DNA from: Candidatus Saccharimonadales bacterium
GTDB taxonomy: Bacteria; Patescibacteriota; Saccharimonadia; Saccharimonadales; 2-12-FULL-41-12
Reading direction: 5' to 3'
NCBI GenBank assembly: GCA_025451045.1
Contig: JANWLD010000001.1
Coordinates: 343,468 to 407,467 of the forward strand
Length of the DNA stretch: 64,000 nucleotides
A model generated the notes under the pieces. It did no database searches. It saw only the letters and a list, made by a program, of their open reading frames with translations, and was not told where the DNA came from. Position 1 is the stretch's first letter. Every line of letters begins with the position of its first letter. Positions 26,005 to 35,423 of the stretch are shown piece after piece. The position numbers were made by a program, and so were the translations under genes.

Positions 26005-27965
26005 GCGGTGTGCTCCTGCTCAAGTTTTGCAATCTTTGCCGCTGGGATACTATATTCGGTTTCATCATTATTAAGCCGGTAAATCAAACATATAAGCGCG
26101 CTAAGTCCGGCGATTATTGCGAGCCACCAGATATACCAGACGATTGCGAAGCCTACTGCGAAAACAAGCGAGGCGATAATCAGCGGCAAGGGGGTATTTT
26201 TTGGCAGTCTTATAGATTCGTATTTAACATCTGGGAAATCTTTCTTGTGTTTCTTCATATCCCAGAAAGCATCTCGGTCACGTACTTCCGGCAAGCTAGC
26301 GAAGTTATAAAAAGGCGGAGGGGAACTGACCGCCCACTCCAGCGTTCGGCCATTCCACGGATCGCCGGTGGCGTCGAGATTTTTCTTTCGGTCTTTGACA
26401 CTGAAAAATAATTGCAGGATCTGGAAACCGACACCGGCAAGAATTACAGCGATTCCAACGGCGGCGACGATGAACAGCCCCTGCCAGCCCAAAGATGGGT
26501 CATAGTGGTCAAGCCGCCTCGTCGCTCCCATAAGTCCTAGGATATAAAGCGGTACGAAGGCCAGCAGAAAACCTACAAACCAGCACCAAAAAGCGTATCT
26601 GCCTAACCGTTCATTGAGCTTGAAGCCGAAGATTTTCGGAAACCAATAATTCAACCCGGCAAAATATCCGAATACTACTCCGCCGACTATCATGGTATGG
26701 AAATGCGCGACTAAAAACAGGCTGTTATGTACCTGAAAGTCTATCGCCGGTACGGCCATCAGTACGCCCGCGACCCCTCCAATGGTAAAGGTTACGATAA
26801 AGCCCAAAAACCACAACATCGGCGTAGCCAGCACAATCCGCCCGCGGTACATGGTAGCCAGCCAGTTAAATATTTTTACGCCGGTCGGTACGGCGATAAT
26901 CATGGTCATCACGCCGAAAAACGCGTTGACGTTAGCGCCTGCTCCCATGGTAAAGAAGTGGTGCAGCCAGACGGTAAATGAAAGAAAAGTTATCGCCGCC
27001 AGCGCGACTACCATCGAGGTATAGCCAAACAGCCTTTTTCTAGAAAAGGTGGCTACAACTTCGGAAAATACTCCAAAAGCCGGCAATATCAATATATAAA
27101 CTTCCGGATGTCCCCACGCCCAAATCAGGTTTACGTACATCATTGGGTTGCCTCCCATTTCCGACGTAAAGAAATGCATGCCTAGCAACCTGTCCAAGGA
27201 CAACATACCCAGAGTGGCGGTTAGTATAGGGAAGGCAAAAATCACTAGTATCATGCTGTTAAGTACGCTCCAGACAAAAAGCGGCATTTTCATCAGCGTC
27301 ATACCGGCGGCCCGCATTTTCAGTATCGTGGTCGTGAAGTTAATTCCGGAAAGCAAACTGCCAATTCCGGCAATTTGCAAGCCCCATATCCAATAATCAA
27401 TCCCTACTCCCGGGCTGAACGACAGTTCGGATAACGGCGGATAAGCCAGCCAGCCAGCTGCCGAAAATTCGCCGATTGCCAAGGACGTGTTAATCAGCAT
27501 TGCCCCGGCCGCAAACAGCCAAAAGCTGGTTGCGTTCATAAAAGGGAAGGCTACGTCCCGCGCGCCGATTTGTAGCGGGACTATCAGGTTAATAAGGCCG
27601 AACATCAGGCCCATCGCCACAAAGAAAATCATAATCGTGCCATGGGCGGAAAATATCTGCTGGAAATGGTCAGAGTTTAAAAAACCATGTGTATTGAGCG
27701 CTTGCTGGGCGCGCATCATCGCCGCGTCGGACAGGCCGCGCAGCAGCATTACCAGCGCCACAACTATATACATTACGCCGATTTTTTTCGGATCAACGGA
27801 CGTTAGCCATTCGCGGTAAAGCCATTTCCAGCGTTTGAAATATGTCAAAAGGCCGATAATCACAATTCCGGAAACCGTCATACCAATAACACCGCCCATA
27901 ACTACCATGTCATGTTGGAACGCTTCAGGCGTTAGCCGGCCGAATATGTTCGCAAACAGGTTCAT
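26001..27965 (-). CDS. cyoB: cytochrome bo3 quinol oxidase subunit I (heme-copper oxidase)
   Basis: 654 aa; '[17 protein letters not shown]', 'HHFFTMG', '[11 protein letters not shown]' heme/CuB His ligand motifs. Confidence 0.95.
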   Translation of the reverse strand: MNLFANIFGRLTPEAFQHDMVVMGGVIGMTVSGIVIIGLLTYFKRWKWLYREWLTSVDPKKIGVMYIVVALVMLLRGLSDAAMMRAQQALNTHGFLNSDHFQQIFSAHGTIMIFFVAMGLMFGLINLIVPLQIGARDVAFPFMNATSFWLFAAGAMLINTSLAIGEFSAAGWLAYPPLSELSFSPGVGIDYWIWGLQIAGIGSLLSGINFTTTILKMRAAGMTLMKMPLFVWSVLNSMILVIFAFPILTATLGMLSLDRLLGMHFFTSEMGGNPMMYVNLIWAWGHPEVYILILPAFGVFSEVVATFSRKRLFGYTSMVVALAAITFLSFTVWLHHFFTMGAGANVNAFFGVMTMIIAVPTGVKIFNWLATMYRGRIVLATPMLWFLGFIVTFTIGGVAGVLMAVPAIDFQVHNSLFLVAHFHTMIVGGVVFGYFAGLNYWFPKIFGFKLNERLGRYAFWCWFVGFLLAFVPLYILGLMGATRRLDHYDPSLGWQGLFIVAAVGIAVILAGVGFQILQLFFSVKDRKKNLDATGDPWNGRTLEWAVSSPPPFYNFASLPEVRDRDAFWDMKKHKKDFPDVKYESIRLPKNTPLPLIIASLVFAVGFAIVWYIWWLAIIAGLSALICLIYRLNNDETEYSIPAAKIAKLEQEHTA

Positions 27966-28831
27966 TCTTCTGCTCCGTGTCCGTGATAGGGCATATATTT
28001 TGCCACTACCTGATTATACAAATCATTTTGTGCCAGTCGATAATAAGCGACCGGGTTATTTTCGCTAGGTTTTGCCAGAGCATCATAGCTGTCCATGTTC
28101 AGGCTGGGTGATTTATCGGCTGACTTAATCCATTTGTTAAACTCAGCTTCACTGGTTGATTTGGCCATGAAGTTCATTCCGGCGAAGCCTTTGCCGCTGA
28201 TGTTTGCCGATGAGCCTCGGTATTCTCCGGTTTCATCGGCCATTAGGTTCAGGTGGGTGCTCATACCGCTCATCGCGTACATCTGTCCGCCCAGCTGTGG
28301 TATCCAAAACGAATTCATCGGCGCGTCGGCAGTTATTTCAAAGTCAATCGGCGTATCTTCAGGAAATTGTACATAATTCACGGTCGCAATTTTTTGCTCC
28401 GGGTAGATGAACAGCCATTTCCAATCCAGCGCCACGACCTGGATGGTCATCGGTTTGGTTTGGGCTTGTATCGGGCGGAACGGATCCAGCTCATGCGAAC
28501 TACGCCAGGTTACGACGGAAAGTATAGTTATCAGTATGATTGGTACGCCCCACCAAATAGTTTCAACCAGCCGGTTGTTATCCAGCTCGGGTGAATATTT
28601 AGCTTTTTTGTGGTCACGGTATTTGTAGACAATCAAAAACGTCATTACAAAGACCGGAATTACAACTATCAGCGACAAAAGCGAAGCAAATATTAAGAGT
28701 GATTTCTCACGGGCGGCAATATGGCCTTTAGGCGCCAGCACTGCCACTTCATGATTTTTCAGATAAATTACCGCAAGCGTTAAAACAGTAGCTATTAAAA
28801 GGATAATGAGCAGTAATTTGTATTTTTTCAT
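27962..28831 (-). CDS. cyoA: cytochrome bo3 quinol oxidase subunit II (no CuA site)
   Basis: '[12 protein letters not shown]' and '[15 protein letters not shown]' replace the CuA Cys/His ligand motif, as in E. coli CyoA; ATG at 28831. Confidence 0.9.
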   Translation of the reverse strand: MKKYKLLLIILLIATVLTLAVIYLKNHEVAVLAPKGHIAAREKSLLIFASLLSLIVVIPVFVMTFLIVYKYRDHKKAKYSPELDNNRLVETIWWGVPIILITILSVVTWRSSHELDPFRPIQAQTKPMTIQVVALDWKWLFIYPEQKIATVNYVQFPEDTPIDFEITADAPMNSFWIPQLGGQMYAMSGMSTHLNLMADETGEYRGSSANISGKGFAGMNFMAKSTSEAEFNKWIKSADKSPSLNMDSYDALAKPSENNPVAYYRLAQNDLYNQVVAKYMPYHGHGAEE

Positions 28832-28892
28832 CAAGACGTACTAACCCCTAATGGTTAATCTCATTATACTCTTTTGCAGTGATTTTTAAGAA

Positions 28893-29309
28893 TTATTGGA
28901 CGGTGAATGTGCCTTGTGCTTCTTCCTGCAGATGGTCATGGAAAAGATATGAGCCTGCTTGGTTGAATGTTATTGTCAGGCTTTCGTTTTGCTTCAGCGC
29001 TTTTTCGGTTACACCGTCGTAGGGCTGGTGGTTATCGTGTTCGCCAAAGGCGACAAGGCGTACCCGGTTGTCTTTGTTGGTGATTGTCAGCGTATCGCAT
29101 AGCTTGCCATCGGTATGGGCTGGATTGACTTGGTTGTTTTGTATATTCACCTGATGGCTGGCATGGCTACCGGAGCACTGGGTTCCGCCATTATCTTCTT
29201 TATTGTTTGAGAGATAACTTCCGGAAAGCCCATGTACTAAGAAATATATAACAGCGCCGGCAGCCACGACTGCCAAAAATATCCCAACCGGTTTCAACTT
29301 TTCTTTCAT
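28893..29309 (-). CDS. membrane-anchored cupredoxin-like protein
   Basis: Start taken at internal ATG 29309 ('MKEKLKPVGIFLAVVAAGAVIYFL'); C-terminal beta-sandwich-like pattern 'TLTITNKD...LTITFNQAGSYLFHDHLQEEAQGTFTV'. Confidence 0.5.
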   Translation of the reverse strand: MKEKLKPVGIFLAVVAAGAVIYFLVHGLSGSYLSNNKEDNGGTQCSGSHASHQVNIQNNQVNPAHTDGKLCDTLTITNKDNRVRLVAFGEHDNHQPYDGVTEKALKQNESLTITFNQAGSYLFHDHLQEEAQGTFTVQ

Positions 29310-29452
29310 ATTGATTATAAGTATAGCCTTGGAAAGTCTTTCAACAAATAAACAAGTCGCTATTTTGTGCCAACAAAAGTAGCCAAATCCATGTGCACAG
29401 AAAGAACAGGTTTTGGCTAAGAGCATAAATATGAGATTATTAATTTAAAGTT

Positions 29453-30235
29453 ATGGCTGAAGAAGAGGGATTTAAGTTAAAACAATTTGCAGAAGAACAT
29501 GGTATAGAGCTTCGAGCACAAAAAGATATACTTAAAGAAGCAACCAACAGCATAGCCAAAAAATATAATTACAACAAAGAAGAGATAAAAGAACATTTCG
29601 ACTCATTGATATTTGAAACAGAAAAAGAAGCATATCGAATATATCTTGAGGCTGAACAGGAATATGGCGGAAAAGTTTTTGATGCTTTGGTAGAGCATCT
29701 TATAGCAACCAAACAGCTGGAAGAACTTAGTGATGTAGGTAGCATTTTGAGCGAATATTTTCACCCCTTGGATAGGTTTTTTCTGTCACTAAAACAGTCG
29801 CGCACTACTCGTGCCGGCAAAACCTTTGAAGGAATCACCAAGAACTTGTTCAAGGTTCTCGAATATCCTCATGAAGATCAGGTAAAACTTGCCGGTGGTA
29901 GTATACCGGATTTCCTTATGCCCTCCGCAGGTCATTACAACAATAATGCGCCGGACTGCATTATTTTTACATCCAAGCGTACACTTCGTGAAAGATGGCG
30001 GCAGGTTGTAACGGAGGGAACACGAGGACTGGGATTTTACTTGGCCACCTTGGATGAGCAGATTCCGCGGACACAACTGTCGCAAATGCTTGAACACAGG
30101 ATCTATGTAGTAGTTCCCGAGCAAATAAGAAAAGAAAAATATGAAGGAATCGTTAACGTAATAAGCTTTAAAAAATTCTTTAATGATTACTTGGATCCAG
30201 CGGTGACACGATGGAAAAATAACGGTATAATTTAA
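29453..30235 (+). CDS. type II restriction endonuclease, EcoRII-C/PspGI-like PD-(D/E)XK fold (specificity unknown, possibly CCWGG/CCNGG)
   Basis: 260 aa; '[11 protein letters not shown]', 'IPDFLMPS', '[14 protein letters not shown]' resemble the catalytic-domain pattern of EcoRII-family enzymes (from memory); adjacent to a Dcm-like MTase; AT-rich. Confidence 0.6.
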   Translation: MAEEEGFKLKQFAEEHGIELRAQKDILKEATNSIAKKYNYNKEEIKEHFDSLIFETEKEAYRIYLEAEQEYGGKVFDALVEHLIATKQLEELSDVGSILSEYFHPLDRFFLSLKQSRTTRAGKTFEGITKNLFKVLEYPHEDQVKLAGGSIPDFLMPSAGHYNNNAPDCIIFTSKRTLRERWRQVVTEGTRGLGFYLATLDEQIPRTQLSQMLEHRIYVVVPEQIRKEKYEGIVNVISFKKFFNDYLDPAVTRWKNNGII

Positions 30236-30242
30236 AGTAGTT

Positions 30243-31331
30243 ATGTTTAAATTTATAGATCTTTTTGCCGGAATAGGTGGAACAAGAATCGGTTATGAAA
30301 GTGCTGGCGGACGGTGTGTATTTACCTCCGAGTGGGATAAATATGCACAGAAAACCTACGAATTGAATTTTGGTGAAATTCCTTTTGGTGACGTAACAAA
30401 AATTGACACAGAGGATATACCCGATTTTGATATATTGCTTGCCGGCTTTCCATGTCAGCCGTTTTCTATTGCTGGAGTTTCAAAAAAAATAAGTCTCGGT
30501 AGAGCGCATGGATTTGACGATGAAAAACAAGGGAACCTATTCTTTGAAATTGCTAGGATTTTGCACGAGAAACAACCAGCTGGATTTATGCTTGAAAACG
30601 TAAAAAACCTCAAAAGCCACGATAAAGGTAATACATTCAGGATTATTGAATCTATCCTTGATGAACTTGGCTATACAGTTTCCAGCCAGATCATCGATGC
30701 AAAATATTTTGTTCCTCAGCACAGAGAAAGAATTTTTATTGTTGGGTTTAGAAAAGATTTAGTACCCAAAGATTTTAAATTTAAATTTCCGGATATACCT
30801 AAAAGTTCTCCAAAATTCTCATCAATCTTGGAGAAAAAAGTCGATTCCAAGTATACACTTTCAGATAAACTGTGGAATTATTTGGTGCAGTATGCAGAGA
30901 AGCATAAGGAAAAAGGTAACGGATTTGGCTATGGTATAGCTGATCCATCAGGTGTAACACGCACTCTTAGTGCAAGGTACTATAAAGACGGGTCTGAAAT
31001 CCTGATCAAGCAGAAAAAGTCTAATCCTCGTCGCTTAACACCAAGAGAGTGTGCAAGATTAATGGGCTTTCCTGATTCATTCACTATTCCTGTATCAGAT
31101 ACCCAAGCCTACAGGCAATTCGGCAACTCAATCGTTGTGCCTGCGGTTTCTACTGTTGCAAAAAATGTTGCTAAAGTTTTAGAAGAATATGGAACGTCTA
31201 AGTCAAGAGCGAAGAAGCTGGAATATGTCAAAAATCCGGGCGAAAAATACTTCGCCGGAGCTAAAGGTACGAAAATTCCTGTCTTCTCGAGGTTACCGGT
31301 ACAGACTTCACTACTCAAAAGCACCCGGTAA
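30243..31331 (+). CDS. dcm: DNA (cytosine-5)-methyltransferase, Dcm/M.EcoRII-like
   Basis: 362 aa; motifs I 'FAGIGG', IV 'PCQPFS', VI 'ENV', VIII 'QHRERIF', IX '[15 protein letters not shown]', X 'QFGNSIVVP'; '[14 protein letters not shown]' recalls E. coli Dcm. Confidence 0.9.
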   Translation: MFKFIDLFAGIGGTRIGYESAGGRCVFTSEWDKYAQKTYELNFGEIPFGDVTKIDTEDIPDFDILLAGFPCQPFSIAGVSKKISLGRAHGFDDEKQGNLFFEIARILHEKQPAGFMLENVKNLKSHDKGNTFRIIESILDELGYTVSSQIIDAKYFVPQHRERIFIVGFRKDLVPKDFKFKFPDIPKSSPKFSSILEKKVDSKYTLSDKLWNYLVQYAEKHKEKGNGFGYGIADPSGVTRTLSARYYKDGSEILIKQKKSNPRRLTPRECARLMGFPDSFTIPVSDTQAYRQFGNSIVVPAVSTVAKNVAKVLEEYGTSKSRAKKLEYVKNPGEKYFAGAKGTKIPVFSRLPVQTSLLKSTR

Positions 31332-31710
31332 GCCGGACATTGCGTTTGTAGGGAACAAAATTGCAATCTTTGTCCATGGTTGCTATTGGCATCAACATGG
31401 ATGCAAGAATTCTGTTATTCCAAAAAGCAATACTAAATTTTGGCTTTGTTATGATGAAGAAAAAACCCATCACCCTTTACAGGATAAAATTGCAGCCTAT
31501 GTTCTAGAACCTTCCAATTATGTAATATTTTCGCTTCTAAAAAATAAAAGTGTAACTCAGGCAAAAGAAAAGTCTCAAGCTGAGTCGAGACGTAAGATGG
31601 TTAAACTTTTAAGCAGTGATGCTCCTGATGGAGCTAGTGATATTTTGGCGTGCGTCTGGACTAATAAAGAAAATCAAATTTCTTTGGGGCAACAAGCAGC
31701 CACTCTTTAA
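31189..31710 (+). CDS. vsr: very-short-patch repair endonuclease (Vsr) with aberrant C-terminal half
   Basis: N-terminal half colinear with E. coli Vsr ('[14 protein letters not shown]', 'PGKPDIAF', '[12 protein letters not shown]', 'TKFW'); C-terminal half carries an insertion of about 40 aa and lacks the 'ERD' Asp and 'WEC' Cys equivalents. Confidence 0.6.
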   Translation: MERLSQERRSWNMSKIRAKNTSPELKVRKFLSSRGYRYRLHYSKAPGKPDIAFVGNKIAIFVHGCYWHQHGCKNSVIPKSNTKFWLCYDEEKTHHPLQDKIAAYVLEPSNYVIFSLLKNKSVTQAKEKSQAESRRKMVKLLSSDAPDGASDILACVWTNKENQISLGQQAATL

Positions 31711-31728
31711 CTAACCTCTCTATATTTT

Positions 31729-31983
31729 CTAATGAGGAAGAATAAAATATAGGGAAATACCCCCTATAATAGTTCCAATAACTGTTATTAGGACTTTCTG
31801 AACAGATGAAAACAAATTCCACTTTTGTTTTAATTTGCTAATAATAGTTATATCTTCTAATTGAAGATTTTCTACATTAGTACTTTCAATACCGATATCA
31901 TATCCCTCTATTCGGCCATTTTTTATAGAAATACCATCGCTGTTTTTGATTACCACCCCCTTAGTAGGATTCTTTTTAACCAT
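31729..31983 (-). CDS. small protein: beta-helix-repeat-like N-terminus + C-terminal TM
   Basis: 84 aa; 'GISIKNGRIEGYDIGIESTNVENLQLEDITI' looks like parallel-beta-helix repeats; C-terminal hydrophobic helix; TATAAT-N6-ATG promoter. Confidence 0.5.
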   Translation of the reverse strand: MVKKNPTKGVVIKNSDGISIKNGRIEGYDIGIESTNVENLQLEDITIISKLKQKWNLFSSVQKVLITVIGTIIGGISLYFILPH

Positions 31984-31989
31984 ATTACT

Positions 31990-31995
31990 ATTATA
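31990..31995 (-). promoter_or_regulatory. -10 box (TATAAT) N6 upstream of ATG 31983: leaderless-type promoter
   Basis: minus-strand read: TATAAT agtaat ATG. Confidence 0.5.
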
Positions 31996-32030
31996 CTAAA
32001 TGGCTATCCCTAACCCTTAATCTTTTTACT

Positions 32031-33710
32031 TTAAAAATGTTCGCGGAGGTGGGATATTGAAAAGTCCCAGTCGGCGTCAGTTTTCTTTTTCGGATTAAAT
32101 ATGTTTTTCGGGTCAAACAATTTTTTGACAGCGCGGAAATGCTCTAAGATTTCATCCGAATATTGAAGATGCAGCCATGGCCCGCGGCTCATACCGTCGT
32201 TGTGCTCGCCGCTCATCGAGCCGCCGTAGCTTAGCACCAGTTCGTTAACTTCGCGCATGGCCGGTTCTATCTTGGCTTTCTCGGCCTCTAGCTCGAACTT
32301 CATCAGCGGGATGACGTGGAAGTTACCATCGCCCATATGCCCGGCAATGGTTGCCAGCAGTTTGTATTTGTTAATAATTACTCTTAGTTTTGGCAAAAAA
32401 TCGGTCAGATGTTCCGGCGGTACGACCAAATCGTCTATAAACGGCGCGGTGTGTTTGTCATGGACTTTGTTTCTGAGCAGGTTAAAGCTCTCCCGGCGCA
32501 TGATTTGGAATTTTCTTTGTTTGATTTCGGTCTCGTCCTCTTCAAACAACGCGTCATGGCCGAAATATTTCATATCTGTATGGAGTTTTTCTACCTTGGC
32601 TTTGACATCTTCGGGAGTTTCACCAGTGAATTCGGCTATCAAGACCATCTTTGGTATACCCCGCCGGAAGTTGATAAGGGAAGGCAATAGCTGAAAGCCA
32701 AGCCCGATAGTTTTGGCCCAACCCAGAGTTTTGTGAAAAAAGAAGAATAGTTTGAAGCTGAGCATCAGCGTGTAGTTATCAAAGCCTTCAAAGGTAGCCG
32801 GCTTGTGGCTAACTACGCTGTTGATAACTTCGCCGAGGTTGTTCATATGATTAAGGAAAATTATCAAACTGCCGGAATGGGCTGGTTTTTTAACTAGCCT
32901 GAATTTAATATCGGTGACGATGCCCAGTGTGCCCTGCGACCCGACGATTAGCTGGGTCAGATCGAATTTGCCTTTCTTTTTGTCCCAGACGTTCCAAAGG
33001 TGGTAGCCGGTTGAATCCTTGCTTACGTTCGGCCTGGCGGCTTTAATGGCATCATAATTTTCATCCACGATTTTAAACACGTTTCTGTATAGCTTACCCT
33101 CGAAATCTTTCTGGGCCATCTTTTCATCAAGTTCTTTTTTATTGAGCGGCTTGATGGTGTATTCCTTGCCGTTTGAGAAAACGACTTTGAGCTCTTCTAT
33201 AAATTTCTCGGTCTTGCCGAACTGAAGTGACTTCTCACCGCCGGAATTGTTGGCGACCATGCCGCCGACGGTGCAAAGTTCGCGGCTGGCAGGGAAACTC
33301 GGCATCAGCGCGCCGTGCTTAAGCGTTTCGGCTTCAAAATCACGGTAATGAACGCCCGGCTGGACGCGGGCTGATTTTTCAGACACTTCTTCGATTTGGT
33401 TAAAATACTTGGTCATATCAAGTATTATTGATTCGTTTATGGCGCCGCCGGACATGCAGGTACCTGCGCTTCGGGCGGTTATAGACAGGCCATGGTTCTT
33501 GGCTTTATTATCACCAACATATTTGACGATTTTTTGAACATCTTCGCTACTAGCAGGAAAAGCTATCAACTCCGGTCGGAGTTCGAACATACTGGCATCG
33601 TGGCTGTAGTAATCTTTGGCTTTTGCCGAGTCATCGACTTCGCCGTCTATCAGTTTTTCAAGCTCGCGGGCATAATTAGCCATACTTAGAATAAAGTTTA
33701 TCATAACCAT
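32031..33710 (-). CDS. FAD-linked oxidoreductase (GlcD / D-lactate dehydrogenase family)
   Basis: 559 aa; FAD_binding_4-type N-terminal domain ('GLSITARSAGTCMSGGA', 'VQPGVHYRDFE'); C-terminal 'GGSMSGEHNDGMSRG'; start uncertain (ATG 33710 or 33683). Confidence 0.8.
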   Translation of the reverse strand: MVMINFILSMANYARELEKLIDGEVDDSAKAKDYYSHDASMFELRPELIAFPASSEDVQKIVKYVGDNKAKNHGLSITARSAGTCMSGGAINESIILDMTKYFNQIEEVSEKSARVQPGVHYRDFEAETLKHGALMPSFPASRELCTVGGMVANNSGGEKSLQFGKTEKFIEELKVVFSNGKEYTIKPLNKKELDEKMAQKDFEGKLYRNVFKIVDENYDAIKAARPNVSKDSTGYHLWNVWDKKKGKFDLTQLIVGSQGTLGIVTDIKFRLVKKPAHSGSLIIFLNHMNNLGEVINSVVSHKPATFEGFDNYTLMLSFKLFFFFHKTLGWAKTIGLGFQLLPSLINFRRGIPKMVLIAEFTGETPEDVKAKVEKLHTDMKYFGHDALFEEDETEIKQRKFQIMRRESFNLLRNKVHDKHTAPFIDDLVVPPEHLTDFLPKLRVIINKYKLLATIAGHMGDGNFHVIPLMKFELEAEKAKIEPAMREVNELVLSYGGSMSGEHNDGMSRGPWLHLQYSDEILEHFRAVKKLFDPKNIFNPKKKTDADWDFSISHLREHF

Positions 33711-33760
33711 AAGGGAAAGGGTCGTTTACACTGGCGTAGTTTTTGTTAAACTTAAGGTAA

Positions 33761-34957
33761 ATGGCGGCTGTCTATAAAAAACACAAAGCACTTATAGTAG
33801 GCGGAGGATTCGGCGGAATAAAAACGGCGCTGGAACTGGCGAAGGACCGCGGGTTTGAAATAACACTCATCAGTGATGAACCGGATTTTCGCTACTATCC
33901 ATCGCTATACCATACCGCTACTGGCGGGAGCAGCGCGGTTTCGGACATACCGCTCAGTGAAATATTCGCGGACGTGCCTGCGGTAGAGATAGTCCAAGCC
34001 ACAATAAAATCGATAGATAAGAAAGAAAAATCGGTCGTGACGACTGCCGGACAGAAATATGAATACGATGTCATCGTATTAGCGCTAGGCATGGTAACGA
34101 ACTTTTTCGGTATTCCGGGTTTGGATAAGTTCGCTTATGGCATCAAATCGGTCGAGGACGCCGAAAAACTTAAAAAACATTTGCACAAACACATAGTTAA
34201 AAACAAGCATCCTGACCTGAACTACGTTGTAGTCGGCGGCGGCCCGACTGGCGTGGAACTGGCCGGAGTACTGGGCGACTACGTCGATTTAATCTGCAAA
34301 CGACACGGCATAGAAAAAAGGAGTGTCCATGTTGATTTAGTAGAGGCCGCTGACCGTCTATTGCCGCGAAGTCCTAAAAGAATCTCTAAAAAAGTTTATA
34401 AGCAGTTAAGGCGCAAAGGGGTAAAGATTTATCTAAACTCAGCCGTAAAATCCCAAAATCAGGAAGAACTGCTAGTGAACGACAAGCCGGTTCGCAGCCA
34501 TACGGTCATCTGGACAGCCGGCATGGCCAATAATCCTTTTTTTACCGAGCAGGGGTTCCAGTTGGCACCTAATCATAAAGTACGGGTTGACCAGTTCCTG
34601 CAAGCCGAACCGGGGATCTACGTTATCGGCGACAACGCCGATACGGCGTACAGCGGTATGGCCCAGACGGCTCTTTATGACGGTGGATACATAGCCAAAA
34701 ACCTGATACGCCTAGCCGACAATGAACCGCCCCTGCCATATGTTGCTAAAAAGCCGGTTTATGTCATTCCGGCCGGGCCGCACTGGGCTGCGGTAGAGTG
34801 GGGCAGACTGCGTTTTTATGGCCGCTTGGGCTGGGCTATCCGCCGGGCAGCCGACTTTGTAGCATACCGCGATTATGAACCTTGGTTTAGGGCTACTAAA
34901 CGATGGGTTGCCGAATATAAAGAAGAAGAACTCTGCCCGCACTGCGATAAAGATTAG
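33761..34957 (+). CDS. ndh: type II NADH dehydrogenase (NDH-2)
   Basis: 398 aa; two dinucleotide folds 'ALIVGGGFGG' and 'YVVVGGGPTGVELAG'; 'IGDNAD'. Confidence 0.85.
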   Translation: MAAVYKKHKALIVGGGFGGIKTALELAKDRGFEITLISDEPDFRYYPSLYHTATGGSSAVSDIPLSEIFADVPAVEIVQATIKSIDKKEKSVVTTAGQKYEYDVIVLALGMVTNFFGIPGLDKFAYGIKSVEDAEKLKKHLHKHIVKNKHPDLNYVVVGGGPTGVELAGVLGDYVDLICKRHGIEKRSVHVDLVEAADRLLPRSPKRISKKVYKQLRRKGVKIYLNSAVKSQNQEELLVNDKPVRSHTVIWTAGMANNPFFTEQGFQLAPNHKVRVDQFLQAEPGIYVIGDNADTAYSGMAQTALYDGGYIAKNLIRLADNEPPLPYVAKKPVYVIPAGPHWAAVEWGRLRFYGRLGWAIRRAADFVAYRDYEPWFRATKRWVAEYKEEELCPHCDKD

Positions 34958-35337
34958 TTTTCGAGTTTGTGGATTTGTTCGTGGTTTAATCCATAAAAGT
35001 GGGCGATTTCATGCCATAGGGTGTGCCGAACTTGCTCGGCCAATTCTTTCATATTCCTGCTAACATTGACCATTGGCAGCTTGAAGATGGTAATCCTATC
35101 CGGCAAAACCAGATTATATCCTGCGCCGCGCTGGGTTAGCGGGATGCCCTCATAGAGTCCGAATAGGGTCTGGTCGCACCGAAGTTTCAGTTTTTCCCTT
35201 TGATGAGAAGTAGGCTCATCAGCTATGGTGATAGCGACGTTGTTCAGGTTTTCCTGATAAAGCTTAGGTATGGTATCCAGCGCCTTGTTTACCAGTTCTT
35301 CAAATTCTTCGTCGGAAGGTATTTCTCTTGTGGTCAT
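34954..35337 (-). CDS. small zincin metallopeptidase-family protein (DUF1025-like)
   Basis: 127 aa; 'TLWHEIAHFYGL' HExxH; convergent 4-nt overlap with ndh. Confidence 0.7.
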   Translation of the reverse strand: MTTREIPSDEEFEELVNKALDTIPKLYQENLNNVAITIADEPTSHQREKLKLRCDQTLFGLYEGIPLTQRGAGYNLVLPDRITIFKLPMVNVSRNMKELAEQVRHTLWHEIAHFYGLNHEQIHKLEN

Positions 35338-35423
35338 TTTTCCTCTAATAGTATAGAATAGTTCGGGAAATACAGATATTAATAAATTATTTTAATAAAC
35401 CTGAACAACTTAAGGGAGAAATA

